From the human T2T-CHM13v2.0 reference genome, Homo sapiens: a stretch of 64,000 nucleotides of DNA. Both the position numbers and the translations under genes were made by a program. The notes under the pieces were generated by a model. It did no database searches, was not told the DNA's origin, and saw nothing but the letters and a program-made list of their open reading frames with translations. Shown here in pieces: positions 14,911-28,122 of this stretch (position 1 is the stretch's first letter; each line of letters starts with the position of its first letter). The stretch is taken from the NCBI RefSeq assembly GCF_009914755.1, contig NC_060929.1, one strand, 5' to 3'.

Positions 14911-15756
14911 TTATTCCTGTTTTTCTAAATCCAATTTGAGTCGCATTTTCCGTCACTTGAAACAAAAATCATTCTGACCAAAAAGATATTCTTAGACATG
15001 AGAATTAAAAATTTTCCAATATAAGGGATGTGTAAACAGGTTTTCAGGGTTTAGATCCATTATTTACACTTGAAGAGTGTAAATACACTTTCAGAGTATA
15101 GACCCATTACTTACACTTATAGTCAGAAATGAAAATTGCCATTAAATATAGATTTAAATCGCATAATCATATGATACTACTTGTCAGTGTTATTTTTAAC
15201 CTCTGCTTTTTCTATCATTATTTTTAATTTAGATGTGTAACTTAATCATGAAAAAGATTCACAGGATGTTCTTTTTGTTTGTTTGACACATATCACCAAG
15301 CTCATCTCTATCACAGTGATCCCCTCTTCTATTCTCTACTGAGTCACCTTCAGACACGTAGGGCAGCAATCTAAATTGTAATTCACATTGTAAATGGAGT
15401 AAGGATGGCTCTAGTGAAAGCAAGATGAAAATAAGAAATTTTTTATGTGTGGAGATGCAGGTTGCTATATGAAGTATTGGGACTCTCAAAATCAGTTTTT
15501 CAATGGTTTCAAATGTCTTAAATAGGCTAGTGCTGTGGATATGCAACACATAAAAGTATTATCTGATTTCTTCTATATATTTGTCCTTTTTAAACTCAAT
15601 GTTTATTATTCTGTGAAATCAGAACAATAAAAATAAAGTAACATATGCTTTTGAAATTAATGTATTGACTCTCAAACTTGGTTCCTTGAAATGGTGCTTC
15701 AGCCATTTCACAATGTTTTACTTCTTTCCTTTGATTTAAAAATGTGTTTTTAGTAT

Positions 15757-16205
15757 TGTAGGGGGTTGAATGCTAACCTGCCTCCAGCCAGCTAAAAAAT
15801 ATGTCCAAGTTCTAATCCCTGATAACCTGTGAATGTGACCTTGTTTGGGAAAAGGTTATTTTGGATGTAATTAAGTTAAGGATCTTGAGATGAAATCATC
15901 ATGTATTAATTGGTTGGGTCCTAAATCCAATGACAAATATTCATATAAGGGTCAAAAAATAAGGGAAAGCAATTTGGATGGGGGAAGAGATTGGAGTAAT
16001 AAAAGCCACAAGGAATGCCTGGGGCCACCAGAATCTGGAAGAGACAAGAAAATTTGTCTTGCTGAAATCTTTGAAGGGAGCACACTGCCTAGTTGACACT
16101 GTGATTTTGGACTTTTGGCTTCCAGAGCTATGAGAGGATAAATTTTTTGTTTCAAGCCACCAACTGTGTGGCAATTTGTTACAGCAGAAATAGGAAACTA
16201 ATATA
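15757..16205 (+). mobile_element. MLT1C-like LTR
   Basis: tgtagggggttgaat...gtgaatgtgaccttgtttgg...ggaaactaatata. Confidence 0.8.
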
Positions 16206-16258
16206 ATATAAATACTTCTTAAATATTTAATTAAAATAAACTGTGAAATCATACACGC

Positions 16259-16441
16259 TATATATATATGTATATATGTATTATATATAATACGCACATA
16301 CTACATATATAGATATATATTATATATGTGTATATATCATATACATATTGTATACATATATATTATGTGTACATGTATATATATTATGTATACATATTGT
16401 ATACATACATAATATATATGTAGTGTGTGTTTGTTTGTGTG
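16259..16441. repeat. Degenerate (TA/TG)n low-complexity tract
   Basis: Directly visible. Confidence 0.9.
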
Positions 16442-17027
16442 TAGATAATCTACCAAAACTAAATACACTGGAAACCACTAGTGTATTCTACCTTTCAGGG
16501 GATCCCATTTTTGTGCAGGACTTAGATATTTGGATAAATATTATCTTGACCTTTACCCTTATATTTAAAGTAATATTATTCTAAAAATTCAAGGTAAGGT
16601 GTTAAAATATTATTACTTTTCAATTAATTATCTTAGTGAATCTCATTGTTTAGTTAGATAGGGATTTTTTCAGATGCAAACAAGAGAGACAAACAAAAAG
16701 AATTTATTGTTTTATAAAACTTAAACTTTCTAAAGTAGTGAGCTTGATTCAGGAACACATTCTTAGAATAAAATTAAAATTCCTTTTCTTTATACTAAAA
16801 GTTCCTACAGTACCTGATTTCTTTGTATTCACTGACCTCATGTCTTTCCATTCCTCATCTGATCCATGCCAGTTCAGCTTCAGCAAACTTCTCAAAGTTT
16901 CTAGAATACATTAAGTCAATTAAGCCTCACAGCTATGTTTGTTTGCCTGGAATGTTCAGTTTGAACATAGTTTCCTCATCCATAGCATTATAATCTCTGT
17001 TCAGATGCCACTTCCTTAGAGAGTACT

Positions 17028-17420
17028 TGTTATGAGTTCAATGCTTGTGTTCCCCCAAAATGCATATGCTAAAGCCCCCAAAGTGATGATATTTGGAGGT
17101 AAAGCTTTTGGGAGGTTATTAAATTTAGATTATATCTTAAGGGGGAATCTTTATAATTACATTAGTGCCCTTATAAGAGATAAAGAGAGAGAGAGAGATC
17201 TTTCTTTTTCCACATACATGCATCAAGGAAAGGCCGTGTGAGCACCCAGCGAGAAGGCTGCCAGCTGTGAATCAGGAAGTGAACCTTCCACCAGGAGCTG
17301 AACCTGTTGGCACCTTGTTCTTGGATTTCCCAGCCTCCAGAAACATGAGATTTAAATGTTTGCTCTTTAAGCCACCCAGTCCCTTGTGTTTTGTTATAGC
17401 AGCCTGCATTGACTATGACA
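17028..17420 (+). mobile_element. MaLR LTR (MLT1A/MST-like)
   Basis: tgttatgagttcaatg...ccagcctccagaaacatgaga...gactatgaca. Confidence 0.8.
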
Positions 17421-17842
17421 GAGCTTCTTTGGCTACTCTATATAAAATAGACACCTGCCTTTTATCTCTTGCTTTATAACAAACCACCAAAAGCTTAGTC
17501 GCTTAAAATGGTGACTTACTGTTTATGATTCTGTGTGTCAGGAATTCAGTAAAGATTCAGTGGGCTGCTTGCCTCTACTCTATGTGGTGTTGGCTGAGTG
17601 GATCAACTAGTGCTGGAGGCCCCAATACGCTTTGGTGTTGACCTTACAGTGTGGCACTTCAGTTCTTCTCCACTTGGCTTCTCTCCTCACACAATCTCTC
17701 ATCCTGTGGATCTTCTCTTTCCCTGCAGACTCTCTCTCCAGCAGGATAGTCTGGACTTTTCTGTATAGTAGCTGCCTTCTAAGAGCAAAATCTAAAGCTC
17801 TAGGCCGTAAAGGCCTAGGTTTGGAAATCTCAGAATGGCATT

Positions 17843-18206
17843 TGTATTAGTCTGTTCTCACGCTGCTAATAAAAACATACCTGAGACTGGGTAATTTATA
17901 AAGGAAAGAGGGTTAGTGGACTCACAGTTCAGCATGGCTGGGGAGGCCTCACAATCATAGCAGAAGGCAAAGGATAAGCAAAGGTGTGTCTTACATGGCG
18001 GTAGGCAAGAGTGTTTGTGTAGGGGAACTCCCCTTTATAAAATCATCAGATCATGTGAGACTTACTCACTATCACGAGAACAGCGTGGGAAAGACCTGCT
18101 GCTGTGATTCAATTACCTCCCACCAGGTCCTTCCCGTGACATGTGGGAATTATGGGAGCTTCAATTCAAGATGAGATTTGGGTGGGGTCACAGCGAAACC
18201 ACATCA
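17843..18206 (-). mobile_element. THE1B/C solo LTR
   Basis: tgtattagtctgttctcacgctgctaat...aaaccacatca; 5-bp TSD gcatt/tcatt. Confidence 0.92.
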
Positions 18207-18450
18207 TCATTTCTACCTTATTCTGTTGTTCAAAACAAGTCACAAGACCACCATAGATTCAAGTGGTGGGAAAATAGACTCCCTCTCGGTAGGAGTTGTG
18301 ATATGTGTGTTGAATGATTGTTGGTGGCCATTTTTGCAGACAATCTACTGCAGTCCACCTTCTGGCTATGTCCTTTCACATTTGTTCCCATGTGCAAAAT
18401 ATATTCACTCCCTGAAGACCCTCAAATCTTGTCCAATTATAGCATCAGGG

Positions 18451-19367
18451 TATTTTTTAGACTTTTATTTTAAATTCAGGAGTACATGTACAGGTTTGTT
18501 ACGTTGGTAAACTTGCATCATGGGGTTTTATTGTACAGATTATTTTGTCACCCAGGTATTAGGGCTGGTATCCATTAGTTATTTTTCCTTATCCTCTTCT
18601 TCCTCCTACCTTCCAACCTCAGGTAGGCCCCAGTGTCTATTTTCCCCCTCTACGTGTTCATGTATTCTCACCATTTACCTTCCACTTATAAGTGAGAACA
18701 TGCCATATATAGTTTTTCATTCCTGCATTAGTTTGCTAAGGATAATGCCCTCCAATTCCATCTGGTTCCTGCAAAGGACATGATTTTGTTTTTTCTTATG
18801 ACTGCATAATATTCCATGGTGTATATATGTACCACATTATTTTTTTCCGGCCTACCTCTGATAGGCATTTAGTTTGATTCCATGTCTTTGCTATGGTGAA
18901 TAGTGCTGCAGTGAACGTACAGGCTCACGTGTCTTTATGATAGAATGAGTTATATTTCTTTGGGTATACACCTAGTAATGGGATTGCTGAATCAGATGGT
19001 AGTTCTGTTTTTAGCTTTTTGAGGAATCACCACATTGCTTTCCACAATGGTTGAACTAATTTACATTCCCACCAACAGTGTATAAGTGTTCCTTTTTCTC
19101 CACAACCTCAGCAGATCTGTTATTTTTTGACATTTTAGTAATAGCCATTCTGACTGGCATGAGATGGTATCTCATTGTGGTTTTGATTTGCATTTCCCTA
19201 ACGATCAGTAATGTGAGGCTTTTTTTCATATGCTTCTTGGCTGCATGTGAAAAATGTCTTCTTCTGAAGAGTGTCTGTTCATGTCCTTTGCCTACTTTCT
19301 AACAAGGTTGTTTTTTTCTTGTAAATGTAAGTTTCTTACAGATGCTGGATATTAGACCTTTGTCAGA
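18451..19367 (-). mobile_element. 5'-truncated older L1PA (PA13-16-like)
   Basis: Antisense L1 3' end; perfect 12-bp TSD tatagcatcagg at 18438-18449 and 19368-19379. Confidence 0.9.
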
Positions 19368-21047
19368 TATAGCATCAGGTTTAAAATTCAGGGTTTTGTG
19401 ATCTATGTCTGCTCTGGAGAGGATAAGCCTATTTGAATTTAGTTTCTCTGGGTCTTGAGATTTGAGAATTAAAAGTCTGGTTATCCTTTTCCCACACCAA
19501 CATACAGTGATGAGACATGGACAGGCTAACTGCAATAGACACTCTCAGTCAGCAATGGGAGAAGGAAGGCCCATAGTAGTTCTTGGTCTGTAGCAATTCT
19601 AAAATCCTTCTCGACATATCACCCACTTCCCCTATTCAATACAATGTTTCTTCATTAGGGCCTGATTCTTCTACTCCTTGACAGGGGTCCACGAGTCCAC
19701 TATTTTCCCTCACCCAGGGTTGCATGCACTGAAAATTCCTGAGTTTGCAGTTTCGCTGCTTCCTGTCCCTGCTTCCTACTCACAGAAACCTGGGGCTCAG
19801 AGCCCTCTTTTTATATTCCACTGTCTCAGTTTCATTTAATCCAAGTTGGTAGTGCTTCTGTCACTGTTGCTCTCTTAAAATATTTATGAGATTTTCAGAT
19901 ATCTGGAACTTTTCAGTTATCTGAATATTTTCAGATATATGTAAATATTGAGACAGAGCTCTCTCTACTTTGGGAATGTCAGACTGCTGTGAGGCATTGT
20001 CTTAAGATTCTTAGATGTGTCTTAACTCAGCCAGAGGTATAATACACATCACTTTAAATCCTCTGAATTCATAACCAAGAGTTTTATGGACATATTCTTG
20101 ATTTGATCTTTACTTGGAGGCCATTTCTTACTTTCAGAACATTTTTCTCACTGGCAAAATTATCCTGGGTCCTCTATATTTTCTCTAAATTATGCTTGAA
20201 AAAGAAACACTTTTTCTTTAGTCTCTCTTTCCCTTCTGTAACTGATCATACATAACTGTAAGAAATCAATTGACACTTTTAATCTTATGCTTAAAAATCT
20301 TATCCAGATTCACAAATGTTGTTAAATGTACCACCACTGTGTAACACAAATCATCCTTTCTCTGGTCTTTTATAGGATTTTGTTCAATGCTTTCCAAACT
20401 TCCCTTAAAGGTTCCTCACCTTCCATCAAGCCTGTGCCTGCCACCCAAACCCAAAGATGATGCTTTGTCGTTCAGGTTTCTGTCACAGCCAACTCTAATT
20501 CCGGTACCAACTTCTGTTTTAATTCTCTATTACTGCAAAACAAAGCACACCCAAATGTAGTGGCTTAAGGCAGCCATCATTTTATTGCTTATTATTCTGT
20601 GAGTCAGGAATTCTTGGTGGGGTTTAGTAGGGACGGTTTATCTCTGCTTCACATGGGAACTATTGGCAGAAGAGCCTTGACTGAGGCTAGAGGACCAAAT
20701 ACAGCTCCATTCATGTGTCTAGGGCCTTAGTACTGCCTATGATGCTTTTCTTTCATGCGGCTTTTCTTTCCACATGGTCTCACATCTTTCACACTCTCTC
20801 TCTAGAATAATAGACTAGACTTCCTTGCACGGGGTCTGGTTTGCAAGAGTAAAAGTAAAAACTACAATGCCTCTTAATATCTAGGCTTAGCAATCTCGGA
20901 ATGTTACTTCTACATTATTCTGTTGGCCAAAAATGCTTACAAGCTCAGCCAAGATCCAATCAGTGGTGAAATAAACTCTACTTTTTGATGAGATAAGTGA
21001 CATGCTTGTAGAGGAACAGAAAAAATTCTTGACAACTATTTGGTAGA

Positions 21048-21210
21048 CTGGTAAATTTTTTTCTATAAAGGGATAGATAGTAAGGATTTTCGGCATTGAT
21101 AGCCACATATGGTGTCTGTGGCATAGTCTGCCTCCTCTCTCCCTTGTAACAATGCTTTCAAAATGTACAAACTACATTTAGTCCATCTGATGTAGTTTGC
21201 TGCCCCATGC
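21048..21210 (+). mobile_element. MER58A-like hAT MITE
   Basis: aaatttttttctataaagggatagatagta...tagtttgctgcccc. Confidence 0.65.
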
Positions 21211-21789
21211 TTTTGACTATATAGAAAACCTACCTAGTCCTTCTTAGTATGTTTTGCCTTATTAGTTTTACATTCTCATATCACTCTGAAATTATTTAAA
21301 AATTTATATTACCATTGTCCCCACTACACATGTCCTGGTCCCTAGTAAATGTTTAATAAACATTTGTTGAATGAATGATTTAATAACTAAATAAATGCAT
21401 CAGAATTTATTTTCACTTTATCTTGTGGAGCTATCTTTTATTTTGATGGAGTCATTCTCAGGCCCCATTTAATGTTAGAATGGCTGCCAATAGCTCTAGG
21501 CCAAATACTTCCAGGTTCAAACCCAGTGCTTTTCTCAGTAATTGCAGAAAATTTTCAGGGTGGCACTCTCCCATGGCTCTTAACTGTATCAGATGCTCTG
21601 TTTGAAATTACTATAGCCAGGAAAAATGAGAAGGTCTGATTAGCCAAACTTACATCATATGCCAGGGATTGAATCATGAGCCTCCCTAAATGCATGAAAT
21701 GAAAGTTGGTAGGTGTTTTCCAGAGGAAAATTACTTTACTGGACAAAAGATGAATAGATACTTTCTAGCCAAAATATGTCCAAATTGAA

Positions 21790-21919
21790 GCCGGTCCTGG
21801 TGGCTCACACCTGTAATCACAGTACTTTGGGGGGCCAAGGTGGGCGGATCACCTGAGGTCAGGAGTTTGACACCAGCCTGGCCAACATGGTGAAACCCCA
21901 TCTCTACTTAAAAAAAAAA
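21790..21919 (+). mobile_element. Alu left monomer only (AluS features)
   Basis: atcacctgaggtcaggag...catggtgaaacccc followed by an A-run; partial TSD gtccaaat. Confidence 0.9.
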
Positions 21920-21930
21920 GTCCAAATCAT

Positions 21931-21972
<42 letters not shown>

Positions 21973-24900
21973 CAAGCATATTGCTTTAGTGGACAGGAAA
22001 CATCTTCCCTAAAGCAAGAACTTTCCATCAGATATCTATTTTCTCATAGAAATCTGAAAATCCATATATAATTATTTTCTACATACTGCTTAAAATCAGT
22101 GTATTTTGTCTGACATCTTGATTAAATTTTTTAAAATTCAGATTATTGCAAATCAATTTTTTAAAAGGCAATGGGTGTTTGAGCATATATATCCTACTCT
22201 TACCCTAATATCTGAAGCAAAAATAGGTGTAGAAAACATCAGAATCTTGTCTGTTCCTATAATAGCTCTTACATTCATACAGCTTCAGTTATGACCCGTT
22301 TCCAGCCTAAATTTTTCAGGCCAGATAAACACAGAATAGATTCCCATATTCCAATTTTTAATCACTTGGCATTGTTTGCCTCCATACTTTGCTAGGTTGG
22401 CACTTCATTTGTATATTTTGGGTAAGAAATTTCTTCATTCAAAATTACATATTAATTATGCCCTTTCTCAAAGATTGCGTGGATAACAATAGGAGACCAA
22501 AGATGTGGTTTCCAGTATCATTTAGAAAACATTGATTGCAAGTTTTTACCAAGACTGTTGTAGGTTTTTCTAACAACAAATTTGGAAATGCAGGCAGAGT
22601 TGACTAGATGGTACTATTAGCAAACAGCCAAGACTGATGAAATTACTATTTTGGAACACCTCTTTGCAGCCAATTTAGAATCAAAGCTATATTTCTGAGG
22701 AATTGCATAAGTACCAGTTATTCCACGTTATTTTCAAGGCAGTCTGCAATATTGTTACGTGCTTGAGCTCCCTCTGTAATTTTGTACACAACAAAACGAG
22801 AATTTGTTCCTTTTTGGTAAACACTAACATTGGTGAAAATAAATAAACAATAATTTCACTCCTACACTCCCCTTGTTTTATCCACCCCCCCATCTTTAAG
22901 TAAACATGTATAGAATTGGGATTATAAACAGCCCATCAGAAAATCTTTCTCCCCTTTCCTCATTCAGTGATTTACAGCACAGCAGGTATGTATTTCAAAG
23001 TGACATGCACAGAGACTGCCGAATAGTTTTACACTAAAGCAATGTAATCTATGGATAGCTCACAGTAACTTTATTTTATAGTAAGTTCTTGTTTTCTTTT
23101 CGTTTTCCTATCCCTCTCTTATTTTATGATGAATTCCAAGTCCTCCCCAAGAAGTCACCATAATCACATAAAGACATAAGGAGATGTACATTGTTTTAGT
23201 TATCTCAAGAGTTGAAATGAATTAACACTCCATATTGATTATTCTAACTTCTCATTCTTCCCTGAAAGATATTTGATGGTTCCTTCTGGTAGACCCCAAT
23301 GTGTCATCACTTTTCCGTCAAGCGCTGGTGCAGCTTTGTTTTTTTGTTTGAGCCATCTGATCTAATCCATTCTGTCTTCTTATATTGAAATTAACAAGGC
23401 ATATACCCTGAGGCATAGGCCTTATCTACAACAGAGAGGCACAAATGAACTTGAACATGAGGTCAATCAAGTGCACAAAATACATCACACAGTTTTTCCA
23501 AGGCTCACGCTGTGTCTATAATTGCCCCTTGTTCTGTCATTAGAGCGCCCTTACAAGTCATTATTTTGAGTCAGCAGAGCTACAGGGAGTATTCTTCCTG
23601 ATGGTTAGTATAAACTTGAATTGATAACATAAATATCTCCCAGCACAAAATACAAGTAGCAGGTATTTAGATTAGATCTAATAAAGTGTGCAGCTGTTCA
23701 GTCTCTTTATGAATCTCAGCTAAAACAATAATCACATCTTTCAATATGGGTTCTCCTTCAGTAGCTCTGTGAAAGAGAAGCTATGTTTTTCTAAATGAAT
23801 GGACATATGCCCTATTAGAATTTGCCTGTCTGCTTTTATCCTAGATTGTTACTGTTTTTATTTGGCCAAGACCAACATTATTCACATTTCGTGGGATTTT
23901 TTCCTTAGTCAGCATGGTATAAAAGTTATTCCACTTTAAATTAGAAGCATCATTTATTCATGTGTTTTGTGGAGGGAGGAGGTATGAGTTTAATGCCAAA
24001 ATTATATACCAAGTTTGTAGCCTCAAGCACATTTTTAGAAGTATTACCTTTGCTGGGAAAGGAGAATTCAGATGTCCTCCTCAAAAAATGGCAGCTGACA
24101 GGGCTCAGATGAGGCTGATAGAGAAGAATGCAATATTTTCTTCACGTGGATCTAGCCCCTGGACAAAAACAAAGTAATGGAAAGAATGGAGAGGGAAGGC
24201 CCCAGTGATTTGGAAATATCCATGCACTCAAATGAGGACACTAAGTTGTTTTTTAAAAAGTGACCATATTATGTGAATCAACACCGCTGAGGTCCAATTA
24301 CTTGGCTTTGGAAAATATATCTTATCTCTTTGAATGTCTTTTCTTAATTGTAAAACGAAGGGATTAGAATGGAGAATGCAAAATAGTGGCCTGTGGTCTG
24401 GATCAGATCCATAGAAATGGTTGTGTTTGAGCTATGTCATTAAAAAAAATTAGCTGCTAATTTTTAAAAATTAGATTTCACTTTCTTAGGTTCTTATCTG
24501 AATTTCTGTATCAGTTATCTATTACCATGCTAACAGTGGGTAACAAACAACCTTCTATAATCTGCTTATTGAGTCTACTGGCCTGGATTAGCTTTTTTTC
24601 ATGCAAAAGTAAGTATGAAGTTACTGCATAATTACATTGCTTAGATACAGAAAGAGTGGGGAGGGTCATTTTTGTCATCTACCACATTTTATCACATTTC
24701 ATATGTGGCAACAATGGGTAAGTCTGGGTAGCAGCTACCAGCTTTAGATGATCATAAATTTGCCAATTTGTGATAATACCTACCCCCTCCTTATTATTTC
24801 TCTGAGACTAGGACCAATGATGGTTTGTCATTATCAGGGCACTTTTGCTGTAACTTTCCTTAAATTATATTCTGTACCCATGCCTTTATGAAAAGCGGCC

Positions 24901-25575
24901 ACAAGAGGCACAACAAACTAGCCATATCTTTTTTTTTTACATGCAGATTGCTTCATTCACTTATGCTATTTGCCCAGACTCTGGCGTCATCTGAGTTTGG
25001 GACCCAAATGATTTATAATTTTGAAACAGTCTTCAGGACTTTAGAATACAAGTAGAACAAATGCATTGGAAATCTTCACACAGTCTGAATAAACAGAATG
25101 TTCATAATGAAACTGTAAAGTTTGTAAAAATATTCCTGCGAAAGCTGGAAAGAGCTGTTAGTTAGAGTGCAAACACACACAATTGATTTGCTCCATAAAC
25201 ATCAATTTAACTTCTACCATGGATAAATATCCATATCCTACAGAGATAATGGATGGGTTTTTAGAAAAAAAAGTGCTAATCCAGGCCAATAGACTAAAAA
25301 AAATAAACAGATTAAAAACATCCTTTTTGTTTTTTTCCACATTGCCTTGCATTATGTCTCTCCGAGAAAAGCTTTTGGGCATGAATTGCCAATATCTACC
25401 ACAAAACATTTATTTTCTCTCTTCTTACTGTCCTCCAGGCTAAGAGAAAGATGTATTCCCAAGCGTTCTGTAAGTCTGTCTTTATCTCTCATTTCTCGCC
25501 CCTTTAGGGCCTCAGTCCATTTATTATTCATTGTATTATTCCTTCTTCTTCATGCAGCCTTTTGGATATGTGTGG

Positions 25576-25631
25576 ATATGTATATATATGTATGTATATA
25601 TACGTATACATACATATATATGCCTATATAC
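25576..25631. repeat. (TA)n-rich microsatellite
   Basis: Directly visible. Confidence 0.85.
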
Positions 25632-26202
25632 AACTTTCTTTTATCACTATGATCACTCTAAGTTATATCATGTTTGCATGTTTTTGTGTGGTAGAGAAGA
25701 AGACAATTAGTTTAGGGTAAGATAATTAGCTATGGGGAAGTTAATTTGTTAAAGAGGCAGGCTTGTGGACAGTTAATCTACTTTCATGCCTCAGTTTTGT
25801 CATCTGTGTAGTTGGGGATAATGGTTTGTAATGTAAATAGAATACGACCCAAATCATAGTATTAATATTTGCTATTACTATTGTGAATATTACTGCTATT
25901 GCTGTTCATGTACCTGTCATTCCAGAAATTGTGTAGAAACACAAAGATAGAGTTAACATGATTTAGGTATGTGCTTTTAGCATCTTTCTATTCCTTCTTT
26001 TCACTTGTCCCCCAGCCCCCATTTCCTGTAAAAGGATATTTCTTTGTTTTGCCGCTACATTAGAGTATTTTACTTTTCTTAAATGAATATAATTTAAAAG
26101 CTGTTTTTCTCTCTAAAAATATACATACCAACATCCCACTCCATTGCTAGGCTTTGGGAGGAGACTTATGAGCGCTCCTTCCCCCATCCCTCCACACCCT
26201 GC

Positions 26203-26983
26203 TGAAACAGGAGAGTTCCCTTATCTCCCTCACAGGGCGTGTAGTGGCAGGGGTGTGGCCGGTTTCTTCAGTGCCCTGGTGCTCAAAGCCCTAGGGGCAA
26301 CTTGCAGATGAGCAGATGGTGGGGAGTGTTTTTGGACTCCGACCCCATGGCAACATCTAGGGTTGAGTGTTCACAGCTCCTGAAGCCCCAGTGGGCGTGT
26401 GTTACAGTGTGCTCTTTCAGCCTTGCCATCTGCAGGTAGCTTGTGTTAATCAGCTCAATTAGACCCTCTTCCTTACCACAAGGACAGAGGGCTTTCTGTA
26501 TCCTGGGTTCTTTCCCTTGTGTACTGGAAAAATCGGATCACACGGGGGCTTGGAGAATGAGTGCAAGATTTTATTGAGTGGTGAAGGTAGCTCCCAGTGA
26601 GATGGATGGGGAGCCAGAAGGGGGATGGAGTGGGAAGGTGCTCTTCCCCTGGAGTCGATCCTGCCCAGCGGCCAAACTCTCCTCCAGATGCCCCTGGCTG
26701 AATTGGCATCCACGTTGTTCGGCCATCACTGGCCTGCCGGTGTCTGCTGGTGTGTTCTTCTGCTCCTCTCAATGTCCAGCCGCCTGTGTGTGTGCCTGCT
26801 ACGGTCCAGGGTTTTTATGGGCACAGGATAGTGGGTGTGGTGGGCCAAAAGGCAACATTTTGGGCACAGAAACAGAAATGCCTGTCCTCATTTAGGTCCG
26901 TGGGCACAGACCTGAGGGTGGAGCCCTCACCAGGGACCCCACCCTTCTCTACCCAGCACTTCCCTGCCCCCCGTCCGGTATCA
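26203..26983 (-). mobile_element. LTR1-family (HUERS-P2) ERV1 solo LTR, GC-rich
   Basis: tgaaacaggagagttccc...ccgtccggtatca termini; 4-bp TSD ctgc/cttc. Confidence 0.85.
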
Positions 26984-27751
26984 CTTCTAGAGTGAGGGAG
27001 ATTGCTCTGTAAACCAGCCTAATTGCTCTCCAGGAAGCTCTAGCCTTGTGGTAAGCTCAAGGTTCCCTTTTGCAGTCAGTTTGAAATATGACACCCTGGT
27101 AAATTCTATGCTTCACTAAGGACATTACATTTCTCCCCAGAGTAGGAGTCCTGTGACCCTCGATCGTTTTAGTGCCAATACAGTGCCTTTGTGTGGTGGC
27201 TTCACCATCGCTAGCAAGGCCATATCAACCCTCTCTATGGCATAAACACATAGAGAGGGATGCATTATTGTTCCTTAGTTGGTGATTTTCAATGAGCAAA
27301 TATAAGCATCCAGGACAGTTTATGTCCCCTTAGTATGTTACAAAAGACCTCTATTATTACCTAGAGCAGCGTGTGTTCTGCAGATAACCCATTCAGAGGG
27401 TTATTTTGCCAAAAAAACAAAACAAATCCTTCCTCAAATGTATTTGTGAAGTGTTGCAAGTTGCTGTCCTCAGAGTGATTTGATTACAAACAAAGGATCT
27501 CTGGCTACCAAGCCTGAGTGGAATTCTGTGGAAGGATATGTGGCAGCTCAGAGCACTGAAGGAGGCCTGAACCTCTAGGCCCTGGGAAGGAAGGGGAACC
27601 CCTTAGCAGGATTAAAGTAGTGATGCTTCATGGCCCTAAGTTTTACCTCTGTGTCCATCTGCTAAAAGTGGCACATTCCTCAGAGGGAGAACCTGATTTG
27701 CCTAGACTGGGTCATTTTGAGACAGGCAGGCTGTCTGGTTTCCTGTTTTGC

Positions 27752-28122
27752 TGTGGTTTAGAGGAGAAAGAACAAGCCTCTTACCCAAGCTGTAGCTTAC
27801 CCAACTTCCAGCCAATCAGCAACAAAAGACCCAAGAAGCCATTAACCTCAAGTCCCTGGTTTAGCGGGTTAGGGACTGCTCCAGGGTCCCGTCTGCGCAG
27901 TTCAACTTAAAGTTACCCCTCCCTCATTTTAATGCTAAAGATCATACCCAAGGATGGGGATTTAAAATTTCATTATGTTACATGAGATGTGTGAAGAAAC
28001 ATGTAAGGCCACTATGCAAGCACCAGAGAAGCCCCTCCTATACATGCCCTGCTGAAACCCTTTCATTCCCATAGAAAGGCCCTATAAAACTAATCTACAT
28101 ACTACCCTGAGGGAGCAGCCAT
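27752..28122 (+). mobile_element. Partial ERVL-type LTR (MER54/MER74 group) with CCAAT and TATA
   Basis: ccagccaatcagc; ctcattttaatgctaaa; cctataaaac at ~28082. Confidence 0.5.

Larger units (their letters stand above)
17455..21045 (-). mobile_element. Old MLT1 provirus (LTR-int-LTR) carrying nested THE1 and L1PA
   Basis: Two similar LTRs (~17455-18348 and 20515-~21045; both have attctgtg(t/a)gtcaggaattc); MaLR int/LTR junction ggtaccaacttc|tgt at 20503-20517. Confidence 0.7.
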
